A DNA stretch of 64,000 bases, from assembly GCF_004010195.1 (NCBI RefSeq), contig NC_057728.1, forward strand, positions 53,340,174 through 53,404,173, read 5' to 3'. The notes under the pieces are model-generated. The model had not been told where the DNA came from. It saw nothing but the letters and a program-made list of their open reading frames with translations, and ran no database searches. The translations under genes and the position numbers were made by a program. The stretch comes from Chiloscyllium plagiosum (lineage: Eukaryota). Below are positions 49,848 to 62,070 of this stretch, one piece after another (position 1 is the first letter of the stretch; the number at the start of each line of letters is the position of its first letter).

Positions 49848-51985
49848 TAGAACATAGAACATAGAATGTTACAGCACAGAATAGGCCCTTCGGCCCTCAA
49901 TGTTGCACTGACCTGTGAAAATAATCTGATGCTCATCTACCTTTCACCGTTAAATTATGTCCAATGCCCATTTAAATATCCTTAACATTGGTGAATCTAC
50001 TACTGTTGCAGGCAAGTCGTTTCATGCCCTGACTACTCTCTGAGTGAAGAAACTACGCCTAATATCTGTCATAAATCCATTGCCCCTCAATTTAAAGCTA
50101 TGTTCCTTCGTGTTAGCCTTCACCATCCAAGGAAAAAGGCTCTTACTGTCCATCCTATCTAACCCTCTGCTTATCTTATCCATCTCAATTAAGTCACCTC
50201 TCAACCTTCTTCTCTCCAATGAAAACAGCCTCAGTTCCCTCAGCCTTTCATCGTAAACCTTCCTTCCATACCAAGAAAGATCCTAGTAAATCTCCTCTGA
50301 ACCCTTTCCAAAGCTTCCATATCCTTCCTATAATGCGGTGACCAGAACTGCACGCAATACTCCAGGTGCGGCCTTACCTGTGACTTGTATAGCTGAAGCA
50401 TGACCTCGTGGCTCCGAAACTCAAACCCCCTACCAATAAACACCAACACATCATATGCCTTCTTAACAACCCTATTGACCTGGGTGGCAATTTTCAGGGA
50501 TTTTTGAACATGGACACCAAGATCTCTCTGTTCATCTACACTCTCAAGAATTTTACCATTAGCCCAGTACTCTGCATTCCTGTTACTTCTTCCGAAGTGA
50601 ACTACCTCACACTTTTCAGCATTAAACTTCATTTGCCACTTCTCAGCCCAGCTTTGCATCTTATCTATATCCCTCTGTAACCCACAACATCCTTCAACAC
50701 TATCGACAACTCTGCCTACCTTAGTGTCGTCCACAAATCCACTCACCCACCCTTCTACGCCTACATCCAGATCATTTATAAAGATGACAAACAGCAGTGG
50801 CCCCAAAATAGATCCTTGCGGCACTCCACTGGTAACTGAGCTCCAGGATGAACATTTTCCATCAACCACCACCCTCTGTCTTCTTTCAGCTAGCCAATTT
50901 CTGATCTAAACCGCTAAATCACCTTCAATCCCGAAACTCAGTGGAACATTATCAAATGCCTTACTGAAGTCCATATGTACCATATCAATTGCTTTACCTT
51001 CATCCACCTGTTTTGTCACCTTCTCGAAAAACTCAATAAGGTTAGTGAGGCACGACCTATCCTTCACAAAACCATGTTGACTATCCCTAATCAAATTATT
51101 CCTTTCCAGATGATTATAAAATCCTATCTCTCATAACCTTTTCCAAAACCTTACCCACAACCGAAGTAAGGCTCACTGGCCTATAATTACCAGGTTGTCC
51201 CAACTCCCCTTCTTAAACAAGGGAATAACATTTGCTGTTCTCCAGTCTTCTGGCACTACACCTGTGGACAATGATGAAACAAAGATCGAACCCAAAGGCT
51301 CTGCAATCTCCTCCCTGGCTTCCCAGAGAATCAGAGGATAAATCCCATCTGGGTCAGGGGTCTTATCTATTTTCAGATCTTCCAAAATTGCTAAAACCTC
51401 CTCTTTGTCAACCGCAATCCTATCTAATCTTGTAGCCTGTATCTCTGTATTCCCATTAACATTGCCCTTTTCCAATGTGAATACTGATGAAAAGGATTCA
51501 TTAAGTGCTTCCCTCATGTCCTCAGATTCCACACACAACTTTCCACTGCTATCTCTGATTGGCCCTAATCTTACTCTAGTCATTCTTTTATTCCTGATAT
51601 GTCTATAGAAGGCCTTAGGGTTTTCCTTGATCTTATCCGCCAACAACTTCTCATGTCCCCTCCTGGCTCTTCTTAGCCCTCTCTTTAGATCTTTTCTGAC
51701 TAACTTATAACTCTCAAGTCTCCTAACTGAGCCTTCACACCTCATCCTCATGTAAGTTTTCTTCTTCTTGACAAGAGCTTCAACTTCTTTAGTAAATCAT
51801 GGTTCCCTCTCTTGACAACTACCTCCCTGCCTGATAAATATATACTTATCAAGGACCTGCTTGATTAAGCTCCATATTTCAAGTGTGTCCATCCCCTGCA
51901 GTTTCCTTTACCTTGCTATGCATCCTAAATCTTGCCTAATCGCTTCATAATTGCCTTTCCCCCAGTTACAGCTCTTTCCCTGTGG
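49848..51985 (-). mobile_element. CR1/HER1-like LINE, 5'-truncated, frameshifted RT domain
   Basis: ORF pieces PEDWRTANVIPLFKKG, SQHGFVKDRSCLTNLIEFF...MDFSKAFD, VTSGVPQGSILGPLLFVIFINDL...FVDDTK and RRLRGDLIE; (ttctatg)n tail. Confidence 0.95.
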
Positions 51986-51989
51986 TAAC

Positions 51990-54292
51990 TTTAAGAATTG
52001 GGATGATTTTAGAATACAGCAAAGGAGGACCAAAATTCTGATAAGAAATTAAAGAATAGCATATGGTTGTAATCGAGCAAATTATCTAGCAAATAACACA
52101 AATATGCATTGTAAAAGCTTCTAATGGTGCAGAAGAAAGGAAGGTTTAGCTCAGACAAAACTGGGTTATATTAAAATTATAGACAGGAGAATTTATAACG
52201 TGAAATAGAGAAATGGTAGAGAAGCTGATTGATTGCTCTGTGTCTGAATTCCTTGAGCAAATATGAGAAATCTCCTCGAATTAGAGGTCCAAGTGACTAG
52301 GGAAAATACAGGCATTGTGGTAAACCCATATTAGGTGAACTGCAGCAGTTCAAGAAGGCAGCTCACCACTACCTTCTCTAGGGCAACTAGGGATGAGCAA
52401 TAAATGTTGGCCAGCCAGTGATGCCCACATCCCACAAATGAATAAATAAAAGAAAACAAAATCAGCAGTAGTAAAAATGTTGCACTGGATACATCAATGA
52501 GGTGGAAGTTAATATATCCCTGAGATCTGATAATCTACATCTTAAGAGTGTTGAAGGAGGTGGCTATAGAGTTAGTCAATGCAGTGTGGAAGCAGCCATT
52601 CAGCCCATTGAGTCCATGTCAGCTCTCCAAAGAGCATCCTACCCCTGCCCACTCCCCTACCCTATCCTTTAACTATGCATTTCTCATGGCTAATCCACCT
52701 AACATGCACATCTTTGTACTGTGGGAGGAAACCTACGCAAACACGGGGAGAATGTGCAAACTCCACATAGGGTTGCCTGAGGCTGGAAGTGAACCCAGAT
52801 CCCTGGCGCTGAGAGGCAACAGTGCCAACTGTTGAGCCACTGTACCACCCAATTACCTTCCAAAATTCCATAGATACTGGAATGATTCCTGCAGATTGAA
52901 AACTAGTGAATTTCACCCCTCTATTTAAGAAAACAGCAAGGGAAAAGAACATGTAGCTACAGATCATTCAGCCTTACATTTGTAGTAGGGAAATTGTCAC
53001 AATCTATTTCTTTGGACATTATAAATCACCATTTGTATAAAAATGATCTGATGGGTCAAGTCAGCATGGATTTGCTCATGAAAAATCACGTCTGATGAAC
53101 TCAATGGAGTTTTGGTGCAGATGTTACTAACAAAATTGATGAAGAGAGTTATTGGATATATTATGCTTGTACTTTCAGAAGATGTTTGATAAGGTTCCCC
53201 ACAGGATATGGTGAGCAAAATATGGGATAGAGGTAACACACTGACATGAATTAAAGATTTGACTAACGGACTGAAAACAGAGAGTAGGAATAAATGACTC
53301 ATTCTCACATAGGCAGACTGTGACTAGCTCTGTACTACAAGGAGCAATACATGGGCATTAGCTGTTCAGAAAATATATTAACGATTTTGAGCTAGGGACC
53401 AAAAGTAATATTTCCAAATTTTCAGATGATGTAAAGCCTAAACAGGAATGTTTGTCATGAGGAAGATGTTAATTAGTTTCATAAGAATTTGGACAGGCAT
53501 AGTTAGTAGGCAGGAACATGACAAATGGAACATCATGTGAAAAAAAAGTGAGGTTATCCACTTTGATCGGAGAAATAGATGTGTAGAGTACTTTTTGATT
53601 AATAAGAAGTTGCAAAGTACAGATATGCAAAAGGGACTGGAAATCTTGACAGTAAGTCATTGCAAGGTGACATGCAGGTGCAGCAAGCTGTAAGAAAATT
53701 CATGGAACCTTAGTCTTTATTGCCATCGGATCTGAGTAGTGAAGTCTAGCTTCAAATGTTTATGAGCTTGGTTGGAGTACACCTAGACTACTCTGAGCAG
53801 TTTTGGCCTCCTTTTCCAAAAAGGATATAAATGCCATCAGAGGAGTGAAACAGATGTTCAATAGACTTGGTTCCCAAGATGGTGGGACCCTCCTATGAAG
53901 AGAGATTGGGCAAAATGGGTCTGTATTCTCTAGAGTTTTGAAGAGTGAGTGGTGACCTTATTGAAACCTACAAAATAATTCAAGGAATAGACGGGGTAGA
54001 TGCAATCAAGTTGTTTCCCTGGTTGGGGAATTTAGAACAAGGGAACAGAATTTAAAAATAAGGGGGTTTCCATTTAGGACCAAGATGAGAGTTTTTTTTT
54101 AAATTCAGAGATTATGAACCTTTTGAATTCTCTATCCTAAAGTTTGATAGATTCCCAATTAACAATGGTGTCAACATTTATGGCTGTAGAGTGTGGGTTA
54201 TAGGTATTGAAGCATTCGATCAGCCAGTTAGTCTTAAATGGTGGAGTAGTGTTGATGGGCTGAATGGTCTTCATTGCTCCTGTGTTCCTATG
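51990..54292 (+). mobile_element. Old CR1 LINE relic with nested LINE-B tail (52335-52450) and HE1 SINE (52582-52850, - strand)
   Basis: Degenerate RT motifs agtcagcatggattt, ttttcagatgat and ggtgaccttattgaaacctacaaaata; CR1 tail near 54260. Confidence 0.75.
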
Positions 54293-54764
54293 CAGTGACT
54301 AACAGTGAGGATCATAAATCCCCATCATAAAGCAATCTTAACCATGTCATAGTCATCACTGTGAGGTAGAAATATTCACAAGTGAACTGAAAGGTATTAT
54401 CTACGGGCTACAATTCACAAAGAATATTCAGAATCTGATAGGCTGTACAAGGGCACAGACCCCGAGTATTCCAAATGTCGCGAGGCAAGGTTTCACTAGT
54501 CCTTCTGCACCTGCAATCTTCGACTGTATCTGAGTGACTTGGCTTGTGTCACATACTGTTCCTAACTTAAAGGTCCATGTAGGAGGATGTCATGGCATCC
54601 TCTCCTTTTCAGACTCCTCCATATCCACCATATGGAGAACTATGCTAAACTGTCATTTGTGAGCAATGTGAATGCTGAATGCACACATTACCTAAGGATC
54701 TGATTTGTTTCTGATTCTTCCTACACAGGCTCACTAGAATCATGACCAAAGGATCCAGCCACAG

Positions 54765-55672
54765 CAGGGGGTATTGCCACTGTATTTGCTGCTCACAATA
54801 TGTCTCCTCTACAGTGGAGGGATGAAGCGCAGAATGGGTGACTGCTTTGTAGAACACTTACATTCTGTCAGCAAAAATGACTCTGAGCTTCTGATTGCGT
54901 ACCACTTCAAAACCACCGTGTTCCCTGGCCAACATCTGTCTCAGGCTTGCTGCAGTGCTCCAGTGAAGCTCAGCACAAGCTGGGAGAATGGTATCTCATT
55001 TTCTTGCTTGGGACCTCCACAGACTTTGGGACTCAAGTTGAATTCAACAATTTTAGAGCCTGAGCACTTCCTCCCAAGTCCTTACTCCAAACCCCACACA
55101 CCAGACCTTGTCTGCTACCATAATTCTGCAAAAGTGAGTACTGCAGATGCTGGAGATTAGAGTGAAGAGTGTGCTGCTGGAAAAGCACAGCAGGTCAGGC
55201 AGCATCTGAGGTGCAGGAAAATTGATGTTTTGGGCAAAAGCCCTTCCGGTAAAAGGCCTCATTCCTTTTGACAGGCTTTTGCCTGAAATGTCGATTTTCA
55301 TGCTCCTCGGATGCTGCCTGACCTACTGTGTTTTTCAGCACCACACTCTTGCTACGACAATTCACCTATTGTTAGCCACTAGCGGTCCCCATTAGTAGCT
55401 ACTGATTCTTGTCGGCTGACCTTTTCCCATTATATTGTCTGTCCAACTGGTTTTCTCTCTATCTCCACCTGCCTTTTACTTCTCCCCTTTCCCCCCAACT
55501 CCTTCTCTAGCATATATATGAGGTGTTTCCAAGCTACAACCAGTTCTGAAGAAGGGTCATTGGACTCAAAACATTATCTCTGATTTCTCTCCACAGATGT
55601 ACCAGGCCTGCTGAGTTTTTCCAGCAATTTCCGATCTTGTTTCTGATTTCTAGCATTCATAGTTTTTTGTTT
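54765..55672 (+). mobile_element. Penelope-like element relic (GIY-YIG domain plus terminal repeat)
   Basis: LLYSGGMKRRMGDCFVEHLHSVSKNDSELLIAYHF; terminal repeat with degenerate hammerhead gttctgaagaagggtcattggactcaaaacatt at about 55543-55575. Confidence 0.8.
55127..55349. mobile_element. PLE-derived fold-back element nested in another PLE
   Basis: Inverted arms aagagtgtgctgctggaaaagcacagcaggtcaggcagcatc... and ...gatgctgcctgacctactgtgtttttcagcaccacactctt; degenerate TSD tgctaccataattc / tgctacgacaattc. Confidence 0.8.
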
Positions 55673-55919
55673 TTTTTCTATTGTTTAGGGGTCATTGTTA
55701 CTGTGGACACAGTATAATGAAAGCACATTGAAAATGAAGATGAACAAATGTGTCAGAAAGTCCAGGTCCAGCAGCAACAACAATCTCCACATGAAGAGCT
55801 CACCCAGCTGAAGTTCCTCTCAGATTGTGGAGGGACAAAAAGGAAGCTCAGAGTCTATTGTCCTCAATGCTATTTCCTTCAGACAGAAGATTTCCCAGGA
55901 AAATGTGTCAGAACTTTGC

Positions 55920-56478
55920 TAGCTGCTGTCTCCCCAGAGTCCATCCACTCTCTACAAGGAAGATGTGAGGACCGTGATGGACTACTTCCCATTTGCCTGG
56001 GTGGGTGCAGCTCCAACAACATTCAAGAAGCTTGACGCCATCCAAAACAAAGCAGCCCACTTGACTGGGACCACATCCACAAACATTCACTCCCTCCACA
56101 ACCGACGCTCAGCAGCAGCAGTGAGTACGATCTACAAGATGCACTGCAGAAATTCACAAAGGCTCCTAAAACAGCCTCTTCCAAACACATGACCATTTCT
56201 ATCTGGAAGGACAAGGGGAGCAGATATAAAGGAACTCTACCACCTGCAATTTCCCCTCCAAGCCACTCACCATCCTGACCTGGAAATATATTGCCATTCC
56301 CCCTAGTGTTGCAGGGTCTAAATTATGGAATTCCCTCCATAATGACATTGTGGGTATACCTTTGTGAATGGACTACAGCAGTTCAAGAAAGGAGCTTACC
56401 AGCACCTTCTGAAGGGTAATCAGGGATGGGCAATAAATGCTGGCTTGCCAGCAACACCCATATCCATGAATGAATAGA
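55920..56478 (+). mobile_element. LINE family B 3' fragment with complete tail
   Basis: RTVMDYFPFAWVGAAPTTFKKLDAIQNKAAHL; tail gggcaataaatgctggc...ccatgaatgaat. Confidence 0.85.
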
Positions 56479-58349
56479 AATATGATAGCATCAGTCAAAA
56501 GAATAGAGTTAACTTTGCAGGTTGTGTGAAGGCTCATTAATCATAGTTCTCCCTCATCACAGACGTGGCCTGACCTACAGCTGTTATTTGCATTATTCTG
56601 ATTTTCTTTCAGATTTTTAGCCTGGGGCTACCTCATTGCTGCCAGAAAACACTTTAGTCCATTGGAGGACCAGAACCTCTGACTTGTAAAATTATCATTG
56701 ATGCTTAACACATAATATCCATGGCATGGAGTTGTCAGGCCGACTGGCCTGTTTCTGTTGCACCCATGTATTTCCCATACCCTCCTCCTCAGAGTCCTTT
56801 ATCGCCTTCCAGCTTCCAGCCACACTGTCACATGCTTGTGTGGCGTCCTTCAACAGTTGTTTCTGTTTTGTGCTGCCCTTCCCTCTTGCTGTCTTTGAAT
56901 TCACGTTGAACCTTGAAGCTGCAGACAGCTTGAGGCAACTAGCCTGGGAAAAGTGTCTGAGAGGCACACGTTTTCAGTTAGAACTGAGCTGTGCCAACCA
57001 CAAAGGCAGCTGCCTTTTCTTCCAGAGCAAATAAACCCAAATTCCAGATAGTTAGCACAAGGAGTGGACAATTAGTGGATTTTAAAAGGGCAGATGGATT
57101 TGTGTCATCATTTTTGCTCTTACTTATCAGTATCCGTCATGTTAATAGAAGATTTGCCAACGAATGAGACATGAAGCACAAAACATTACTCTCTAATCTG
57201 CCTCAAGGCAATCCAGTCCAGAAACTTCAATCGCCTGTGTAAAGGTTTAGTATTACCATTAAATGCATAGCAAGGCAAATTACACTCCCGGCATAATAGC
57301 ATTCCTGTTATGAATAGGAACCCAAAATGAAAGTATTAACAAATGTAGAGCAATCTAGAATTCAGACATTTGCCTGGCTGGAATTGAACTGCAGTCAATG
57401 TGTTGCTTATTAATCCCAGATGTACTATAATCCGTGAAGGCAGCTACAGCCTGAAAACAAGGTCAAAGATCTCCAGCTGGAGATTGCAGTGTCGTGACTA
57501 GTCAGACCAGATGTGCTCGTCTGGAGGAAGACAAAGAACCAGTCCATGGAATCTAAATGAAATCTCATCGCCTGCAATCTGTAACATATTGAGGCACCTA
57601 GCTATTCAATAGGAACCTTGCAACCTACATTTGAAAAGATAAGGATCTTACATTTATGTCACTGTTTTCACAACCCCAGGATGTCCCAAAGCACTACACA
57701 AGCAACTAGGTGCTGTAGAAAAGGATTGCAGCTAATACCTGCTCAGCAAGGTCTCAATAATAGTCAGATAATCCGCGTTAGGATTTGGTGTGGGCTTATT
57801 ATTAGCTAGACTATTGTCCGTTGATAAGACACACTGAGTTCTTTACCTCTGCCTGAGTGGTTGAGGTATATCGTAAGAGGCATTGAAATAACTGTGTGGC
57901 AAATAACAACTAGCAATTGCAATTCTGTCTTGGTATTGTTGGAGATATCTCAATTACTTACTCTAAATTTATGCCAATTAAAAAAAAATGCATTATAGCA
58001 GCTCCATGCCCTCTGTCACCAAAAGAGGCCAACAACGTCATGGCAATACCAATGATGCTACTTTCCTCTTCAAGTCACTTGGGGCTTTGAGGTTATAGTC
58101 AACTCTGGGGACACCCACCTCACACTTGCAGCAGCTCCACTAGTTTGAGGTGAAGACTCACCATCAGTTTTTCAGGACAAGCAATAAATCTACATCATTG
58201 TTATCCAGAAATCAAACTAAAATACAGGACCCCCATCCCATCTAAATCCACTTACAAACAGGGCAGTCCTCCTCAAAATGTTTTGATCCTTACAACATTT
58301 AACATATTTTAAGTTTTTTTTTAATGATGTTATTGGTGTTTAATGTGAT

Positions 58350-59003
58350 TAACTATGGTAATGTCACTGGACTAGAAACCCAGAAACCCAGGCTAATGCT
58401 CTAGGACACATGAACCAGGAAAGAATAGGCCACTTGGCCCTTCCAGCCTACGCCGTCATTCAGTAAGATCATGGTGACCTTTTACATTCCTGTATATCCT
58501 GATAATCTTTCATTCCCTTGGAATTGTGAATCTACCTAACTCTGTCTTAAAAATATCTAAAATTCTGCCTTATGAGGAAGGGAATTCAAAAGATACGCAA
58601 TCCTCTGAGAGAGAAAAGTGAATGTTTCCTCACCTCTGTTTTAAATAGACAACCCCTTATTTCTAAACTATGAGCCTCAGTTCTGGAGACATGAGTTTGA
58701 ATTCCAGGATGGCAGATGGTGAATTTGATTTCAGTAAAGGAGAGAGGTAAAAGCTAGTCTAATGGTAACCATGGGACAATTGTCATAAAAACCAACCTGA
58801 TTAATTAATGCTTTTTAGGAATGGGAATCTATCATCCTTAACTGCCCTGGCCGACATACGACAACAGATGTACATCCATGTAGTTGTCTGTTAATGCCCT
58901 CTGAAATGGCCCAAGCAAGCCATTCAGGTTAAGGGCAATTAGTGATGTGAAGTAAGTGCTAACCTAGCCAGCAAAGTCCGCATCCCATAAAGGAATAAAA
59001 AAT
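58350..59003 (+). mobile_element. tRNA-derived SINE, family B, interrupted by an antisense CR1 tail (about 58415-58686)
   Basis: Head tggtaatgtcactggactag; body runs through gaaatggcccaagcaagccattcagg directly into the tail aagggcaattag...catcccataaaggaat. Confidence 0.75.
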
Positions 59004-59162
59004 TTCTCATTAAATATGAGCTCATGAGGGGAGGTGATGTTGCAGTGGAAATATTACTAGTAATCCTGAAATCCGATCTAATCCTCTGTTAGTGTGGGCA
59101 CTAACCACACCAGGACAACTTGGGGAGTTTAAGGTCAATCAAAAACTCTGGATAATGACTTA

Positions 59163-59510
59163 TGGAGTCATGCAGAATGGAAACAGGCCCTTTGGTCTAA
59201 CCAGTTGGTGCTGAACATGCTCAAACTAAACTAGTTCCATCTGCTTGCTCCTGGACTATATCCCTCCAAACCTTTCCTATTCATGGATCCATCCAAATGT
59301 CTTTTAAACTTTGCAATTGTACCCTCATACATCATTTCCCCAGTAAGTTTATTCCACACGTGAACCACCTTTTGTGTAAAAAATTTGCTTCTCATGTCTT
59401 TTCAATCTCTCTCCTCGAACCTTAAAAATGTGCCCCCTGTCTTGAAATCCCTCATCCTAGGGAAAAGACTACTATCATTAACTCTATCTATATCCCTTTT
59501 TATTTTATAA
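59163..59510 (-). mobile_element. CR1/HER1-like 3' fragment
   Basis: Collinear with 14847-15209. Confidence 0.8.
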
Positions 59511-59976
59511 AGGGAAGGTGATGGCCCGATAGTATTATAGCTAGACTATTAATCGAGAGACCCAAAAAGTGTTCTGGGGTCGAGGTTGAATCCCATCATG
59601 GCAGATGGTGGAATTTGAATTCAACAAAAAGAAATTTTGAATTAAGAATTTACTGATGACCATGCAATCATTGTCAATTGTCAGAAAAGCCCAGCTGGTT
59701 GACTAATGTTCTTCAGGGAAGGAAATCTGTCATCCTCACCAGGTCTGGCCTACATGTGAGTCCACATCCACAGCAATGTTGTTGACTTGCAATTGCCCTT
59801 AGAAATGGTCTAGCAAGTCATTCAGTTGTACCAATCACTACACAGTCTTAAAGAAATGAAACCAGACCGATCATCTGACATCGACCTAGGCACTGGAAAA
59901 GGCAACAACAGAAACAGCCCTGTCGATCCTGCAAAGTCCTCCTCACTAACAGCTGGGGGTGAGTGCTAAAATTGGG

Positions 59977-60751
59977 GGATCCAAGATGGCGGCGACCCAG
60001 CAAGACTGAGTCTATAGTGCTCCTCCCAAGACTTGGGGGTACAGTGGGTCACCCACCCCCTACCACGCTCATCAAATCATTTATAATAGTTGTGTAATTT
60101 AATTAGTTGTGTAATATTACATTTAAACAATTTAATCATAAGTAAAAATGACTAAAGGGAAGGGAGCCTGCAGCTCTCAGCAAGCAGGAACCCCTCCCCC
60201 ACCCTCTCCAGCTGCAACAGAGACGTCCACAGCCGCCCTGGGGGACTTACCTACAGTGACAAGCCTCGTGGAAATGATTTCCAAGCTGGATTCGAAGATC
60301 GATGCCTTTATTGCAGAATCCAGAAATCGTTGGGACTCGCTCTCGGCCGCGCTGCAGAAGCACGACCGAGACATCCAAGAAATTGAACGCCGAGTCGGAG
60401 GGGGAGCGCCGAGTCGGAGGGGCGGAGTTAAAGGCTGCAACCTCCGAAAATACCGCTCAATCGGCCGTGGATCAGGTCCGGACTCTCGAGCAGCGAGTCC
60501 GGACCTTGGAAAATCATATTGACGACCTCGATAATCGAGGCCGTCGAAAAAATATTCGTTTGCTGGGCCTTCCCGAACAGGAAGAGGAAGGCCAGCTTAC
60601 AGCATTCCTGGAGCAGTGGCTGCCACAACTTTTAAATCTGCAAGCTGGATCAGGCCAGGTAAGGATGGAATGGGCCTACCGGGTCGCAATAAGCGGGCTC
60701 GGCTCGAACCAGCGCCCACGCCCGGTCCTGTTCCGGCTGCAGAGCTACAAG
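59977..60751 (+). mobile_element. L1-clade LINE: 5' UTR plus partial ORF1, 3'-truncated
   Basis: Starts ggatccaagatggcggcg; ATG at 60148; coiled coil, then DDLDNRGRRKNIRLLGLPE...RPRPVLFRLQSYKE (L1 ORF1p signature); TSD gagtgctaaaattggg at 59961-59976 and 60752-60767. Confidence 0.9.
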
Positions 60752-61420
60752 GAGTGCTAAAATTGGGAGAGCTGTCTCACAGACTAGTCAAGCAACAGCC
60801 TGACATAGGTCATACTCACAGAATTATACCTTACAGACAATGTCCCAGACACCACCATCACTATCCCTGGATATGTCCTGTCCCATCAGCAGGACAGACC
60901 CAGCAGAGGTGGTGGCATAGTGGTATACAGTCAGGAGGGAGTTGCCCTGGGAGTCCTCAACATTGACTCTGGATCCCGTGAAGTCTTGTGGCTTCAGGTT
61001 AAACATGGGCAAGAAAGCCTCCTGCTGATTATCACATATCGTCCTCCCTCGGCTGATGAATCAGTACTCCTCCATGTTGAATAACACCTAGAGGAATCAC
61101 TAAGGATGGTCCAGGACACAAAATGTACTCGGGGTGGGGATTGTCAGTGTCCACCAGCAAGAGTGGCCTGGCAGCAATTTTACTGATTGAGCTGGTCGGG
61201 TCCTAAAAGACATAGCTGTGAGACTGGGTCTGTGGTAGCTGGTGAGGGAACCAACAAGAGGGAAAAACATACTTGACCTATCCTTAGCAATCTGCCAGCT
61301 GCAGATGCATCTGTCCATGACAGTAATCAGTAAGCGTGACTACAACACAGTCCTTGTGGAGATGAAGTCCTGCCTTCACATTGAGAATAACCTCCATCGT
61401 GTTCTGTGGCACTATCACAG

Positions 61421-62070
61421 TTCTGGATGCAGGTTTGCTCGCTGAACTAGAAGATTCATTTTCAGATGTTTTGTCATCATACTAGGTCACATGATCAGTG
61501 AGCTCTGGTGAAGCGCTGGTGATATGTCCCACTTTCTATTTATGTGTTTAGGTTTCCTTGGTTTGGTGATGTAATTTCCTGTGTTGTTGATGTCATTTCC
61601 TCTTCTTTTTCTCATAGGCTGGTAGATGGGTCCAAATCGATGTGCTTGTTGGTAGACTTCCAGTTGAAATGCCATGTTTCTAGGAATTCTCATGTGTGTC
61701 TCTGTTTGTCGTATCCTAGGATGGATGTGTTGTCCCAGTCAAAGTGATGTCCTTCCACATCTGTCTATAAGGATACTAGTGAGAGTGGGTCACGGCCTTT
61801 TTGTGGCTAGTTGATACTCATGTATCCTGGTGGCTATCCTGGTTCCAACACAGGAAATGATACCACTGACACGGGAAATGAGATCAGCAAACCAGGGAAA
61901 TCTAAACACATAAATAGAAAGTGGGACATAACACCAGTGCTCCACTGGAGGCTCACTGATGATGTTACCTAGCTTGGTGACAAAATGTCTGAAAATGAAC
62001 TTTCCAGCTCAGCGAGCAAACTTACATCCAGAATCACAACCTGAGCTACAAATCTTCTCAAAACTAGCTA
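61421..62070. mobile_element. Penelope-like element (fifth family) with inverted terminal repeats and an antisense GIY-YIG remnant
   Basis: TSD gcactatcacag at 61409-61420 and 62071-62082; arms of about 180 bp (61421-61600 and 61852-62033); minus-strand ATRIHEYQLATK...EGHHFDWDNTSILG...EFLETWH...NKHIDLDPIYQP. Confidence 0.9.
61953..61992 (+). ncRNA. Hammerhead ribozyme motif, degenerate (G12 to A)
   Basis: UCA CUGAUGA u GUUACC uagcuu GGUGAC AAAA ug UC UGA: 3-bp stem I and 6-bp stem II. Confidence 0.6.

Noticed and set aside
50240..51751. Functional reverse transcriptase gene
   Set aside because: A 5'-truncated CR1 copy broken by frameshifts and deletions, with FVDD in place of FADD.
60148..60760. 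Domesticated L1 ORF1 (L1TD1-like) host gene
   Set aside because: It is frameshifted, truncated, TSD-flanked and nested in another LINE, consistent with a recent insertion.
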